Source: Eledone cirrhosa (lineage: Eukaryota). Taken from it: a stretch of DNA of 64,000 nt. Below the pieces are notes generated by a model. The model saw only the letters and a program-made list of their open reading frames with translations, did no database searches and was not told where the DNA came from. How positions within the stretch are numbered: the first letter of the stretch is position 1; each line of letters begins with the position of its first letter. The stretch is taken from the NCBI GenBank assembly GCA_964016885.1, contig OZ024740.1, positions 334,924,001 to 334,988,000 on the forward strand. The letters run 5' to 3'. The position numbers were made by a program, and so were the translations under genes. This document shows positions 33,063 to 45,778 of this stretch, piece after piece.

Positions 33063-34909
33063 TGTTTACTAATAACGTGAGTTGGTCACCATTGAACTAT
33101 TAGGTAGAACATTTTCGGGAAAAAATACTTCTTTTTGTGTTTGATATTGACTATGAATTAGGTGGCTATTTCCTAGTAGGATTACATTCGGGTTTCATAT
33201 TTTTTTGTAAAAGACACTTTTATAATTGTATTCTACACCAACCTAAAGTCGTTCTTTATTTAGTTACATTGCTGCGCACTGTATGTTCATATGTTGCCAA
33301 GCCGACATTTTAAAATCGATTTGGGTTTCATAAAATATTTACCAATAATATAGTGAAGTGGAGACATCATTCTATGGATACTGGCAATGTGTCTAGTGAA
33401 AGAATAGAGCTATCTAAGACTATTTGTTCATGTTGTCTAAGATTCCATTTCCTTTTCAGCATTGCTTTTCAGCTACCTCTTGTGGACAACGTGTTATATA
33501 ATATAACAAACTTCACTCAAAGATGTTACTCATAAGAACCTGATTTTAAACACGGAAACAATATTTTATCCTTGTTTATATCAATCGTTTTTAACATTTT
33601 TTATTTTATTCTTTCCTGTCTCTGATAACTATACTCCTTCCTTTACCCTTTGCACTTTATCTTTCTGTTTCAAACTTTATATTGATAAATGTATTCGTTA
33701 TGTCTATCCTCTAAAATCAGTTATTGAAATTAGGTTTTATAATTATCTTTTTCATTTCATTAAATTTTCCGTGTCTATTTTCCCCGTGACTAATTTTATT
33801 TCGGTGAAATTAAATCTCTTCATCTCTTGAGTTTGAAAATTAATCAAATATTAAATGAAAAATTATAATAAGAATCTACATCTTGAACTATATTCAATTA
33901 AAATAAGACATTATAAAACGGATACTTTTATTTCTTTGACTTTAAAGGTGTATCTTCAAAAATTGCAATAACAAAATAAAATGACATGCATATATGTAAA
34001 ACTCTCCTCTGAAAGAAACGAGTGAATGACTAATTGTAGGATACTATGTGTCGTACCCAGGGACACTCGAAACAATTCAGACTGTAAATAAAACAGAAGA
34101 ATGACATATACCGAAAAAAAAACACAATTGACAAAGCTTCATTGAATAAAATGTAGAGGAGTGTTTGTTTGTGCTATTTTCCTGGCAGGGTTATTAAATT
34201 ACATGTGTATTGATTCGTTAATGACCAATTATTAATCATAGCAATATGAAATACAAGATATATTTTGCTGTAGAAGAAAAAGCATATTCTCTCTCTACTT
34301 ACAAAAGCAATGTATAATGCAGTCCCATTTAATAAACGAGTTTGCAGTAAATGTATGAATATTTGGAGTTACTAATTTAGAAGAAAATGTCCAGAACTTG
34401 TAACATTCACTGAAAATTGACTCGATACATATGTAGATTCTAATTAATTATTTTGATAGAAACAGTGAGCAAATATGACTGAGAAATTTCATCAGTGATG
34501 CCACTTGAAATTAAATGCCTCGGCTGAACTTCGAATTCAGAGTTACTCAATATTTTTGTCTAATGAATTATATATTAATAATCACATATCTCCTAAGCAA
34601 ATGGTAAATGCGATATCATATGGTGTGTCCTGTGTATTTCAAAACTGGTGATGCCCATTCTTCTTAATGTTTGGCTACAAAGAGGACGCATTTAACAAAA
34701 GCTTTGAGAAATATGAGTATATACATATTTTGTAAATTGAAGCATGTATTATTTACGTGTGTTTCTGTATATTTACTGAGAAATACAAAATACGATATAT
34801 TTACATATATATATTTAAAAATCTGCATGTTTACACAAATCCTTGTCCTGCTGTTTATGTAAAGATATACATCCCTATCATTCTCAGCTGTATAGTGTAC
34901 AATGTAATA

Positions 34910-34998
<89 letters not shown>

Positions 34999-35027
34999 AG
35001 TGTGTGTGTGTGTGTTTGTGTTTTTTT

Positions 35028-35058
<31 letters not shown>

Positions 35059-35104
35059 TGTAATGTTTATATATATATATATATATATATACATATATAT
35101 ATAC

Positions 35105-35145
<41 letters not shown>

Positions 35146-35155
35146 CATATATATA

Positions 35156-35248
<93 letters not shown>

Positions 35249-36895
35249 GAGGGTTTGCATATATGTATGTATGTATATGTATATATGATTTGTCTTATTC
35301 TCCTGCACTTTAAGCCCGTATACCACTTGACTAAATTATAATAATGTTTCCCATTTAAATTATTTCATTTTAGTCAATATGAAGTAAATAGTCATCATGT
35401 GGATGGCATGTATGTTAAATAGCCTGGCCGTTGGTTTCAGTAAATAAGTTGTTTTGTAATAGCTCCTTATCAGGAATTACTGCAATCGATTATATTGAAA
35501 TCCGTACTCGATACCTCCATATATTATTGAAGTTAGAAGAATGAAAAGCATGGTTAATCCCAGCAAGATTTAAACTGAGAACGTAAGATGCAATAGATAA
35601 ATACTGCCATGCAATTCTTCAAAGCTTCAATGATTCTGCAAAGCATCCCATTTGTTATGAAAATGAATTCACTTAATATCATTCATAGATATATTTCTTG
35701 TTACCATTATTTTCATGAATGTCTAATTATCCTATAGATCATTACATTTTTCACCATCTTTGCTTCCACAGAGTGAAAAGTATGTTTCTGCCAGTCAGAC
35801 ATATTTTGTATTGCACCACTAGTCATTGAATGCATATTTCATACAATTTCAGTTCATCCATTAGAACTGGCCTTCTACATTTCATTTTACTGACATTCAC
35901 TTTTCATGATGAGGCACAAATTTACGTATTAACAGTGAGGATAGATACAGGGAAATTTCTTTCTTTTTTTAGGGGTGTAAGTTATAAGTTGAAGTTTTCC
36001 ATATTTATGAGACGAATTTGTTAACGTTCTCTTCAAATAATCAAAGATTCGTTGAGAAAAAAGAGAAACAGGAATTAAAAATTAAAAGCAAAGTCACCAA
36101 CATTTGCACGTCAGTATTTATCTCCTTGTCAAACAAAAGAGATATCTCAGAATATCAATTTATGAAGAAACCTAAAAACGGTTAATATGCATATATTTTA
36201 CGAGAGAATTTAACAAAAATAAGCAGAAATAAGCAGAGCTTATGCTTCGTTATCATAAAGGTAACAGACAAATTCGTATCATAGTATTGACTTACTAATA
36301 AGTATGAAACATGTACATCATAGACGTTTCCCGGAAACAATGATTAATATAGGATTTCTATTATTAATCTCGGATATATATTGGCGACTACATCCTATAT
36401 TATGATATATTTACATGAGACTTTATTGAACGAGAATGTGTTGTAAGAGATAAGTAACAGATTCGTATGTTTTTGTGTGCAATTACGATTACTTATTTCA
36501 TCCTACTATTAATTTTATCAATTCCTAATTCAAAACATATTACGCAAATGTCAATCAGCTCTCCCTAGTAATAACTGGCAACGGAATAGTTAAACTGATC
36601 ATTCCACTTCGTTTTGATGTCAAAGAAGGTCATTCGCCAAAAATATATATTTTCGCATATATACAACTGAATTTTCTCAATATATATAGCATAGAGCATG
36701 TTTGGTGATAAATAAAAACTGTCAGATTACATTCAATTCATACGCCAATAGATGATTATACCCAGCTACTGAGGCACATATGCATCAGTGTTTCAGTGTA
36801 AACATGTATGAAATTATAAGGTATATGAACATATATACAAATGAATCAGAAAATGAAACACTCCAGATGCATACATATTAATAAACAAACACTCA

Positions 36896-36937
<42 letters not shown>

Positions 36938-37505
36938 ATATGTGCGCGCGCGTGTGTGTGTGTACGGCTGCCAGTCATATCTAGTTGTTTTTAAACACCA
37001 TATATCGACAATGAATGCGTGGTTAAAACTTAGGTTCAATCACGTCGCATTAAGAACAGTATATTTTCTCTTCTCTATAACAATTACACTTAATGTTCAT
37101 GTTTTGGTTATACATGCATATTTATATATATGTGCACGTCTGTTTGTGTAAGTGTGTGTGTTTGTGTATCTGTAGGTGAATGTGTGTGGATGAGTAGAAG
37201 CCGTTATCACTTGTATAGATTACTAGATTATTGTAGCAATTATAAGCTTCCGAAGAACTTCCAAATGTCAAGTAAACACTTATTCACAGGATTGTGTGAA
37301 ATAACTACAATATATATATTAGATTTTACAAAGCCAAACTCGGAATATGCTGATCTAACTTCAAACAACCCACTGTAAAGACTTACCAGTATTTTGGAAC
37401 ATATTTGAAGAACTAAAAATAAATAACTAAATAGTTAAATGAATTAAAGAAAGAACAACGAAATATACATAATTTAAATGTTCCTGACAAAGCATGCGCA
37501 TGCAC

Positions 37506-37555
<50 letters not shown>

Positions 37556-37595
37556 AAATATATAGATATAGATATAGATATATGTATGTACATAT

Positions 37596-37648
<53 letters not shown>

Positions 37649-37914
37649 GAGCAAAATGAGTACAAAGTAATCGGCAAAACAAAAAGACATATATATATAT
37701 ACAAATGAATTTCACATAAACATATTCATATATACAAGTGCTTCTTCAGACCTTTGGCATTGCTTTAACTGATGCTGAGCAAGTGTATGTTTATATAATG
37801 AGATAACATAATTCATACATTATCACAAAAAATTACAATATCTTTTATATATAACAAATTGAAAAGTGGCCATTATATTTATCATAATACTAACTAAAAG
37901 ATGTTGTAATAGTT

Positions 37915-38088
37915 ATTTCTAAATTAGGCCCAATGCCACCGATTCAGTGGAATGGAAACGTCGATTAAATCGATCCCAGCACTCTACTGGTACTTTAGTT
38001 TATCCACATCGCATCAAGGAAAGGAAATGTTGGCATCGTTGGATTTTCAATTTGAACATGAAAAGCTGAATTAACTCTGCAATATTCA

Positions 38089-38145
<57 letters not shown>

Positions 38146-38700
38146 TTCTACTATAAGCACAAGCCCAGCAATTTTGCAGGAAGAGATATTCGAATAAATC
38201 GACGTAAGGATGAAAGGCAGACTTAACATCAGCGTGATATAATTCGTACCCTCTGTATCATACTCTTCATGTGACTTCTGTATGACTAATCAAGAAAATA
38301 TTACTATTAATATTAATTAGCAGAATCGGTAGAGCATCGGACGTAATGCTTCGCAGCTTAGAGTTAGCGCTCTTTATGATCTAAGTTCAAATCCCATTGA
38401 GGCCGATAAAATAAAGTACCAATCACGCACTGGGGTCGATTTAATAGACTTTCCCCTCCCCCAAAATTGCTAGCCTTGTTCCTATATAAGAAACCATTAT
38501 TACTATTATTATTATTGTGGATTGGCAGTATCGGTAGAGGGTCGGACATGCTTTCCAGCATAGTTACGTCCCTTTACGATCTGAGTTCAAATCCCGCCGA
38601 GGTTGACTTTGCCTTTCATCCTTACGGGGTCGATAAAATAAAAGTACCAGTAATGCACTGGTTAATTGCTGGCCTTGTGCCTAAAGTAGAAACACTTATT
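37915..38700. mobile_element. SINE cluster: two decayed minus copies (~37915-38240) and two plus copies (38316-38497, 38517-38697)
   Basis: Plus copy 38517-38697 shows TGGCAGTATCGG A-box-like and GAGTTCAAATCCC B-box with a (TTA)n tail. Confidence 0.75.
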
Positions 38701-38701
38701 A

Positions 38702-38736
<35 letters not shown>

Positions 38737-39221
38737 GCTATTATTTACTATCATTATTATTATTATTATTATTATTATTGTTATCATTATCATTACTACT
38801 ACTACTACTATTACTATTATTATCCAATATATATTAATGTATAACAACTAACAAATATTTCTATACATATATATGTGTGTGTGTGTGTGGATGTGTATAG
38901 TATGTGCTTTTCTATGTTATGTGTATGTTCGATTGAATGTGTATGCGCATGTGTGTGTGCGAATGTGTATTTAAAAGTGTAGATGCGACTGTAAATGCTT
39001 CTGTAAGTACAGAGATCGTGCAAAGTATAGTGAGATATTTTTACCTAAATGCTTTACTACGTGAGAACCTATCAGTTACTATAAATATATATATATATCA
39101 CAACGATTTAAATTCTCTGAGTGTATGTATATATGGATATATGAATATATATATATATATATAGGAAAATGTTCAAGACCCCGACGGCAGAGCTCAAGCC
39201 GTTTCGACGGCTATTTCTGGG

Positions 39222-39260
<39 letters not shown>

Positions 39261-39261
39261 G

Positions 39262-39485
39262 TACATACATACATACATACATACATACTTACATGCATAC
39301 ATGCGTACACTCACACATACATGCATACATACGTACATACATACATACGTACATACATACATACATACATACATACATACATGCATACATACATACATAC
39401 ATACATACATACATACATACATACATACATACATACATACATACATACATACATACATACATACATACATACATACATACATACA
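39262..39485. repeat. (TACA)n tetranucleotide microsatellite
   Basis: Directly visible, just 3' of the M4 exon on the minus strand. Confidence 0.95.
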
Positions 39486-39604
39486 AATCTCTATATAAAT
39501 ATATACACGTGTATTTACGTAACAAAATATCAGCATGAAATTTCTGTACTGCTCATAAAATATTATTTCTCAAACAGAATTACTGGAACTTTTCTTCGAC
39601 TTGC

Positions 39605-39745
39605 CTTGTTTTTTCTTGACCTCATTTTTGAATGAAATAAGTATTCCAATAGAGCAACGAGCATAGCGGCTACCAGGCCCGCTATGAGGATATGAAATAT
39701 TCCGGACACATTACTCAATCGAAGTGCACTGGTCTTTGAAGATTC
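39605..39745 (-). CDS. Exon of the same glutamate receptor: pre-M4 linker, M4 transmembrane helix and start of cytoplasmic tail
   Basis: Acceptor tttctttgcag|GAA. 47 codons ESSKTSALRLSNVSGIFHILIAGLVAAMLVALLEYLFHSKMRSRKNK resemble vertebrate GluA [36 protein letters not shown]. Joins in phase 0 to the 47990-48095 exon. Putative donor AAG|gcaagt; read-through would stop at 39563. Confidence 0.92.
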
Positions 39746-40259
39746 CTGCAAAGAAATGGTAAATTATTTATAGAAATTTTAAAAGGTGTATGCTATATAT
39801 ATTCATATCATAGATATTCAGCAAATACAGCAAATAGAAACACAATAATTACATTTTCAAATTCCTATTTCATCTAAGAAACATTAAAATCTCAACTTCA
39901 TCGACAATAAGAAGTATTTCTTGATAAACCATCCTTTTGGGCAACATGGATACACCCCCACACACAAACACCAACGAGAGGTTGGAGTTTGCTTCCCGGA
40001 TTTCTGTTTTTGAGCAAGAAACTTTATTTCGTACGCTGTATCGGACATCACCTTTCTCTTGACCAAAATCAGTATAACAGAGAGAGGAGGCTGACATGTA
40101 TGGGAAACTGGCCGTTTTCCACAAAAGCCCTTGCCCACATATGCACATATTGTTGTTCTAATCGGTACAGGAGTGTTAAACATTGCTGACCATCTTTTTT
40201 TTTTGTTATTCAGTGTCTAAAAGGTTAGAATGGTTGTTCGAGGATCCTGCAGCATGTTA

Positions 40260-40700
40260 TACTTGGTAACTGGTATTTGTTGCCCTAAACTGCAATAAGT
40301 GATGTTGTGCTATGCAAGCATGGCTTACATATCTCGTTTCTCGATTAGTGGTATGAGTTAGGTCCAAAGAAACTTTCCATATATGCCAGCTGTCGGAATC
40401 ATTGATATATGTTTTACATATTTTCGCTATTCTCCAGTTGATTCTGTAGTCATAAATATCCTCTTTCACCCAATCAATATCTGACTGGAACGTTTCGTCA
40501 TGTCTTTTTCTCTTGCATTGCAACCAACGACGACAAATGTTTGATGTAGCATTTTTATTTTTAACAGTCGATCAGTAAGACTGGTGTGACGCTTCAGATT
40601 GATGGTGAGGTCTGGGTTTGAGGAACGAAGCAGAACTATCATCGGCCTCCTTCGTAAAACTCCAAGAAATACTAATGAATAAGACATTTGTTTTATATAG
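40260..40700 (-). mobile_element. Possible degenerate Penelope-like GIY-YIG C-terminal remnant
   Basis: Peptide DWVKEDIYDYRINWRIAKICKTY resembles the W-LK----Y-I-W-I----Y pattern of PLE C-termini. Heavily decayed. Confidence 0.4.
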
Positions 40701-40844
40701 TATATCATATTTACATGAATATTCGGATATTGAGAATGTTTTAGTGATTTACATCCAACATCCAAGCCACCATATATATAAATATATATATATCTATATA
40801 TATATATACATATATAAAAAAGGAACGATCTACTTTCGTCAAAT

Positions 40845-41030
40845 CGGACCGAGGGAACAATGTTTCCGTTGGTCTTTCCAATTGCTAATACTATTTATCG
40901 GTCGCAACTCCAGGTAGATGAGCAACGTGAAATAAAGTGTCTTGCTCAAGGACATAATGCATCGGCTGGTCCAGGAATCGAACTCACAACCTTACAATTG
41001 CGAATCCAATTCTCTAACCACTCAGCCACA
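40845..41030 (-). mobile_element. Second tRNA-derived SINE family
   Basis: Minus strand TGTGGCTGAGTGGTTAG (A box), GAGTTCGATTCC (B box), then TGTCCTTGAGCAAGACACT. Confidence 0.75.
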
Positions 41031-41118
41031 CATATATATGTATATACATATATGTGTATATACATATATATGTATATACATATATATACATATATGAAAA
41101 ATCAGTATGGATGCAGTA

Positions 41119-41154
<36 letters not shown>

Positions 41155-41173
41155 TACTGAATCCATTCTGATT

Positions 41174-41344
<171 letters not shown>

Positions 41345-41706
41345 AGGATACATAGATAGATAAAATGACAGATAGATAAATTATATATGTTTGTATATAT
41401 ATATATATATATAAAAACAAATAACGAAACGAAATTAAATTTCGTTTCGTTTGTAACTCACTTTTGTATGACTGACGCTTAAACAATTAAGTTAAAAATG
41501 TACATCTACATATGCATACTGAAATACTAGTATGCATATGAATACACACACGTATACATATGTAGATGTAACAAGTCTTTCACTGGTTACTTTACTGTGA
41601 GTAACCCAGCTATTCTGTATGTAAACACACAGACAAACCGGTTTTTAGAGTCATAATGGTTGTCGAGGAAACACCTTTCCTCTATTCTCCAGAAAGCCAG
41701 ATAAGG

Positions 41707-41751
41707 AATATTGAACTAGTTTCGTTGTTGTTACAACTCATCAGCAATATT
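41707..41751 (-). ncRNA. Minimal type I hammerhead ribozyme (copy 1)
   Basis: Minus strand: AATATTG CTGATGA GTTGT-aaca-ACAAC GAAA C-TA-G T T CAATATT, giving stem I 7 bp, intact core, stem II 5 bp, palindromic ACTAGT stem III and a GUU cleavage triplet. Confidence 0.85.
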
Positions 41752-42173
41752 TACCTATCTACCGGCCTTTCTGGAGAATCGTAAAAGCACATATCGTTAT
41801 ATGCTTTTTCTATGAAAATTAGTAGTGGGCAGACTAATTTGCATAGAGTGTGAGTACGCACCGGTTCAGCGGAGACGATAAAAACAAATAACGAAACGAA
41901 ATTAAATTTCGTTTCGTTTGTAACTCACTTTTGTATGACTGACGCTTAAACAATTAAGTTAAAAATGTACATCTACATATGCATACTGAAATACTAGTAT
42001 GCATATGAATACACACACGTATACATATGTAGATGTAACAAGTCTTTCACTGGTTACTTTACTGTGAGTAACCCAGCTATTCTGTATGTAAACACACAGA
42101 CAAACCGGTTTTTAGAGTCATATTGGTTTTCGAGGAAACACCTTTCCTCTATTCTCCAAAAAGCCAGACAAGG

Positions 42174-42218
42174 AATATTGAACTAGTTTCGTTGTTGTTA
42201 CAACTCATCAGCAATATT
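42174..42218 (-). ncRNA. Minimal type I hammerhead ribozyme (copy 2)
   Basis: Same 45-nt motif as copy 1, one repeat unit downstream. Confidence 0.85.
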
Positions 42219-42593
42219 TACCTATCTACCGGCCTTTCTGGAGAATCGTAAAAGCACATACAGAATAGCTGGGTTACTCACAGTAAAGTAACCAGTGAAA
42301 GACCTGTTACATCCACATATGTATACGTGTGTGTATTCATATGCATACTAGTATTTCAGTATGCATATGTAGATGTACATTTTTAACTTAATTGTTTAAG
42401 CGTCAGTCATACAAACGTGAGTTACAAACGAAACGAAATTTAATTTCGTTTCGTTATTTGATTTTATCGTCTCCGCTGAACCGGTGCGTACTCACACTCT
42501 ATGCAAATTAGTCTGCCCACTACTAATTTTCATAGAAAAAGCATATAACGATATGTGCTTTTACGATTCTCCAGAAAGGCCGGTAGATAGGTA

Positions 42594-42638
42594 AATATTG
42601 CTGATGAGTTGTAACAACAACGAAACTAGTTCAATATT
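42594..42638 (+). ncRNA. Minimal type I hammerhead ribozyme (copy 3, inverted unit)
   Basis: Plus strand aatattg ctgatga gttgt aaca acaac gaaa ctagt t caatatt read directly. Confidence 0.85.
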
Positions 42639-43787
42639 CCTTGTCTGGCTTTCTGGAGAATAGAGGAAAGGTGTTTCCTCGAAAACCAGTATGACTCTAA
42701 AAACCGGTTTGTCTGTGTGTTTACATACAGAATAGCTGGGTTACTCACAGTAAAGTAACCAGTGAAAGACTTGTTACATCTACATATGTATACGTGTGTT
42801 TATTCATATGCATACTAGTATTTCAGTATGCATATGTAGATTTACATTTTTAACTTAATTGTTTATATATATATATATATATATATATAAGTGTATGCGT
42901 GTGTGTATGTGTGTGTGGGTGGGTGTGTGGGTGTGTGGGTGTGGGTGTGTGGGTGTGCGTGTGCGTGCGTGTGTGTGGGTATGTGTGCGTGTGTGTATTT
43001 GTATCGCTGAGAGTGGAATCAAGCTCTTCGCTCTATATATGCATATTTTATTACTACGTGAGATACTAGTTCATTTGAAAAATGAAGAATTAAGTAAAAT
43101 TAATATGATGAATTCTTCTGACTAACAATAAAGTCTTTGTATTCAAAAGTAATTATATTAATTTCATTTACTTTAACTATAATTATTTCCTATTTTTTCA
43201 ATAGGATACAACTCTGATGAAAAATTCTCTGGTGGAGCTATGTAGAGTTAACGCTACAATATCTTCAACAGACCGAATAATATCAAGAAACCATCCAGAA
43301 ACACTAATGTTTGTAATAATATTATTATTTTTGTTATATTTTTAATATTTTGCTCTTAATAATAATACTTCGTTTCATAAACAGAGCTAGATTCAAAATG
43401 TTGAACTGAAATTCTCACGCCTCGGCAGATATAGTTCACAACATTTATACAACGTCGGTACCAGTCTGTCTGCAGGTTAAATAAATATTTATGGGTCATA
43501 CCATATATTGTAATAGGGATAAATTTTCTGACATATAGGTTAATATATTAGTGAATTATCTGGCGTTTCTTAACCACATATAATATCTTTAAAAATATAT
43601 ATATATATATATCTTTAGTATACATATTTCCTTTGACTTTCAATGTTATATGTAATTTACTTCCAATAATTTCATTTATGGTGTGTTTCAAGTAGGATTT
43701 ACTATGAAAACTCATACGCAGAACATTACTGTGACACCACTCTAATTTATGTGGAACAAAACATTTCCGGCTTTATATATACATACG

Positions 43788-43893
<106 letters not shown>

Positions 43894-43997
43894 TATAAAC
43901 ATCAATTTACACACGTTCATACATGCACACACATACGCACACATACACACAAACACACACACACACACACATACACACTCATATATATATATGTGTG

Positions 43998-44037
<40 letters not shown>

Positions 44038-44098
44038 AGAAATTGACCATATCTATAATTGCCTATTAACGTAGCATGCCCTGCATATATGTATATGT

Positions 44099-44136
<38 letters not shown>

Positions 44137-45216
44137 GGGGGGGGGTATGTGTGTGTGTGTGGGTGGGTGTATATGTCTGTGCGTGTGTGTGCATGTATGG
44201 ACGTGTGTAAATTGGTCTTTATGACAACCTTAGGATAAATATATGCGTGTTGTCATGGCCAATTAGTCATAAATCATTTGCTGCAACTCTACTTTCTCCA
44301 TTTGCTTCTAGAATTCAGTATGTCACTTGAATAAATTTATGAAGTGTTTACTTATTCTGTAGAAATGTGACATTTTCTTGTTTTTCTTTCATTATTGGGC
44401 CCAAGGAATAAGGTTTTGGAATATTCTAATTTACTGGTTATTCTCCTCAACTTTTATATATTATATATATTTCAATATTAGTTCTTTCAGGAAAATTTAA
44501 TTGCGTTTATTACACCGAAAACGTGATGTGAATCGATAAAGTAAATTTAGTTTCTCCTATTTCCAAATATGCTAATATTTATCGAAATTAATTCTTAATA
44601 TGTATTGCAATCTTTCCTACGGTATGCAAGTTTCCATCATCTGCATCAAAACAGAATTAAATTCCTTTCAGTTACTGAATTCAAATTATCGTTTTAGAGA
44701 AATCATTTTATCTCTATAATAAACGAGGAAGAATTTTGACCGAAATAAAACTGGTTCAAAAATGAATATATGCGTATATTTAAATGAGAGTTATACATCT
44801 ACCTATTCCCACCTATACGTGTATATATGCATATATAAATGAATGCACACACACACACACACACACACAACACATATGTAGATAGATATATATATAAATA
44901 TATATATATACTGACGCACACACACATGTATATATATATGTACACTTAAATATGTACACTTTCTTCTAGTTTATTTTACACCTAATTCTGTTTAGTTGAC
45001 TGTATATCTGGTCGATTTATACATGGTGTAGAAATATTCGATAAATAATCCGTCGTAACCGCCGCGAAGGGGCTACTTTCGGTTATTTGTCGGAGATTTC
45101 TTCATAGGAGCCTTTATTCTTATAGCTTGGTCTAATTGATTTTTTATATGGTTAATTATACTAATTGGGAGAGGAAACTGTATATATTTTATCCGGCGAT
45201 TCTATAGACATGTTTA

Positions 45217-45272
<56 letters not shown>

Positions 45273-45337
45273 AGATGAAATCAAAAATGCAACTGGAGTC
45301 TTATTTTAAAAAAATATATATATATATTTATTTGGTT

Positions 45338-45375
45338 CCTTTACCGGTTTCGCAGTTCTTCTGCTTTTCAAAAGG
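45338..45375 (-). ncRNA. Variant minimal hammerhead ribozyme with U3-A8 core (mirror copy)
   Basis: Exact reverse complement of 45421-45458 in the other arm of a fold-back element. Confidence 0.6.
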
Positions 45376-45420
45376 TGAGTTGAGATGGAGAAAAAACCAC
45401 AGACCCTCCATCTCAACTCA

Positions 45421-45458
45421 CCTTTTGAAAAGCAGAAGAACTGCGAAACCGGTAAAGG
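45421..45458 (+). ncRNA. Variant minimal hammerhead ribozyme with U3-A8 core
   Basis: CCTT TTGAAAA GCAG-aagaa-CTGC GAAA C-CG-G T A AAGG: stem I 4 bp, core UUGAAAA (C3G8 replaced by U3A8), stem II 4 bp, palindromic ACCGGT stem III, GUA triplet. Confidence 0.6.
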
Positions 45459-45628
45459 AACCAGATAAATATATATATATATTTTTTTAAAAATAAGTCT
45501 CCAGTTGCATTTTCGATTTCATCTCTTTTTCTTTATACTTTCACTCGTGTAGGACACCTCGGTTATTTTTCATTTTGTAAAAAAAACCTCACTTTCTAGT
45601 ATATATATATATATATATTTATTTATTT

Positions 45629-45778
45629 ATTTATTAAAATAACAGATTAAAGTTTAAGCAAAGAATCGGTGCTTTACCCTTAACGTGATCTTCTGAAACT
45701 CTGTGCGTTTCAGAGGATCCCGTTAAGGGTGAAGGCAGCGATTCTTTGCTTAAACTTTAATCTGTTATTTTAATAAAT
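45629..45778. repeat. Fold-back inverted repeat, ~70-bp arms; one arm recurs at ~55675-55748
   Basis: atttattaaaataacagattaaagtttaagcaaagaatc...ctgaaac pairs with gtttcag...gattctttgcttaaactttaatctgttattttaataaat. Confidence 0.85.

Larger units (their letters stand above)
41411..42865. mobile_element. Array of a ~467-bp hammerhead-containing repeat (retrozyme-like / Penelope pLTR-like): ~1.8 tandem units followed by ~1.3 inverted units
   Basis: Sequence from 41411 recurs at 41878 (period 467). From 42256 to 42865 the sequence is the near-exact reverse complement of ~41480-42089. (TA)n on both flanks. Confidence 0.85.
45269..45528. repeat. Fold-back inverted repeat, ~120-bp arms with 15-nt loop, next to (TA)n
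   Basis: 45269-45390 is the reverse complement of 45406-45528 with a few mismatches. Confidence 0.9.

Noticed and set aside
38517-38600. tRNA-like A/B boxes
   Set aside because: They are SINE heads with no complete cloverleaf and continue into the SINE body.
41411-42865. Repeat array as CRISPR or satellite DNA
   Set aside because: No short repeat-spacer structure, eukaryotic context, only about three units, with an inversion and a dispersed copy.
43210-43250. CTGATGA...GGAGC..GTA hammerhead-like motif
   Set aside because: GAAA box mutated and stem II does not pair; too decayed to call.
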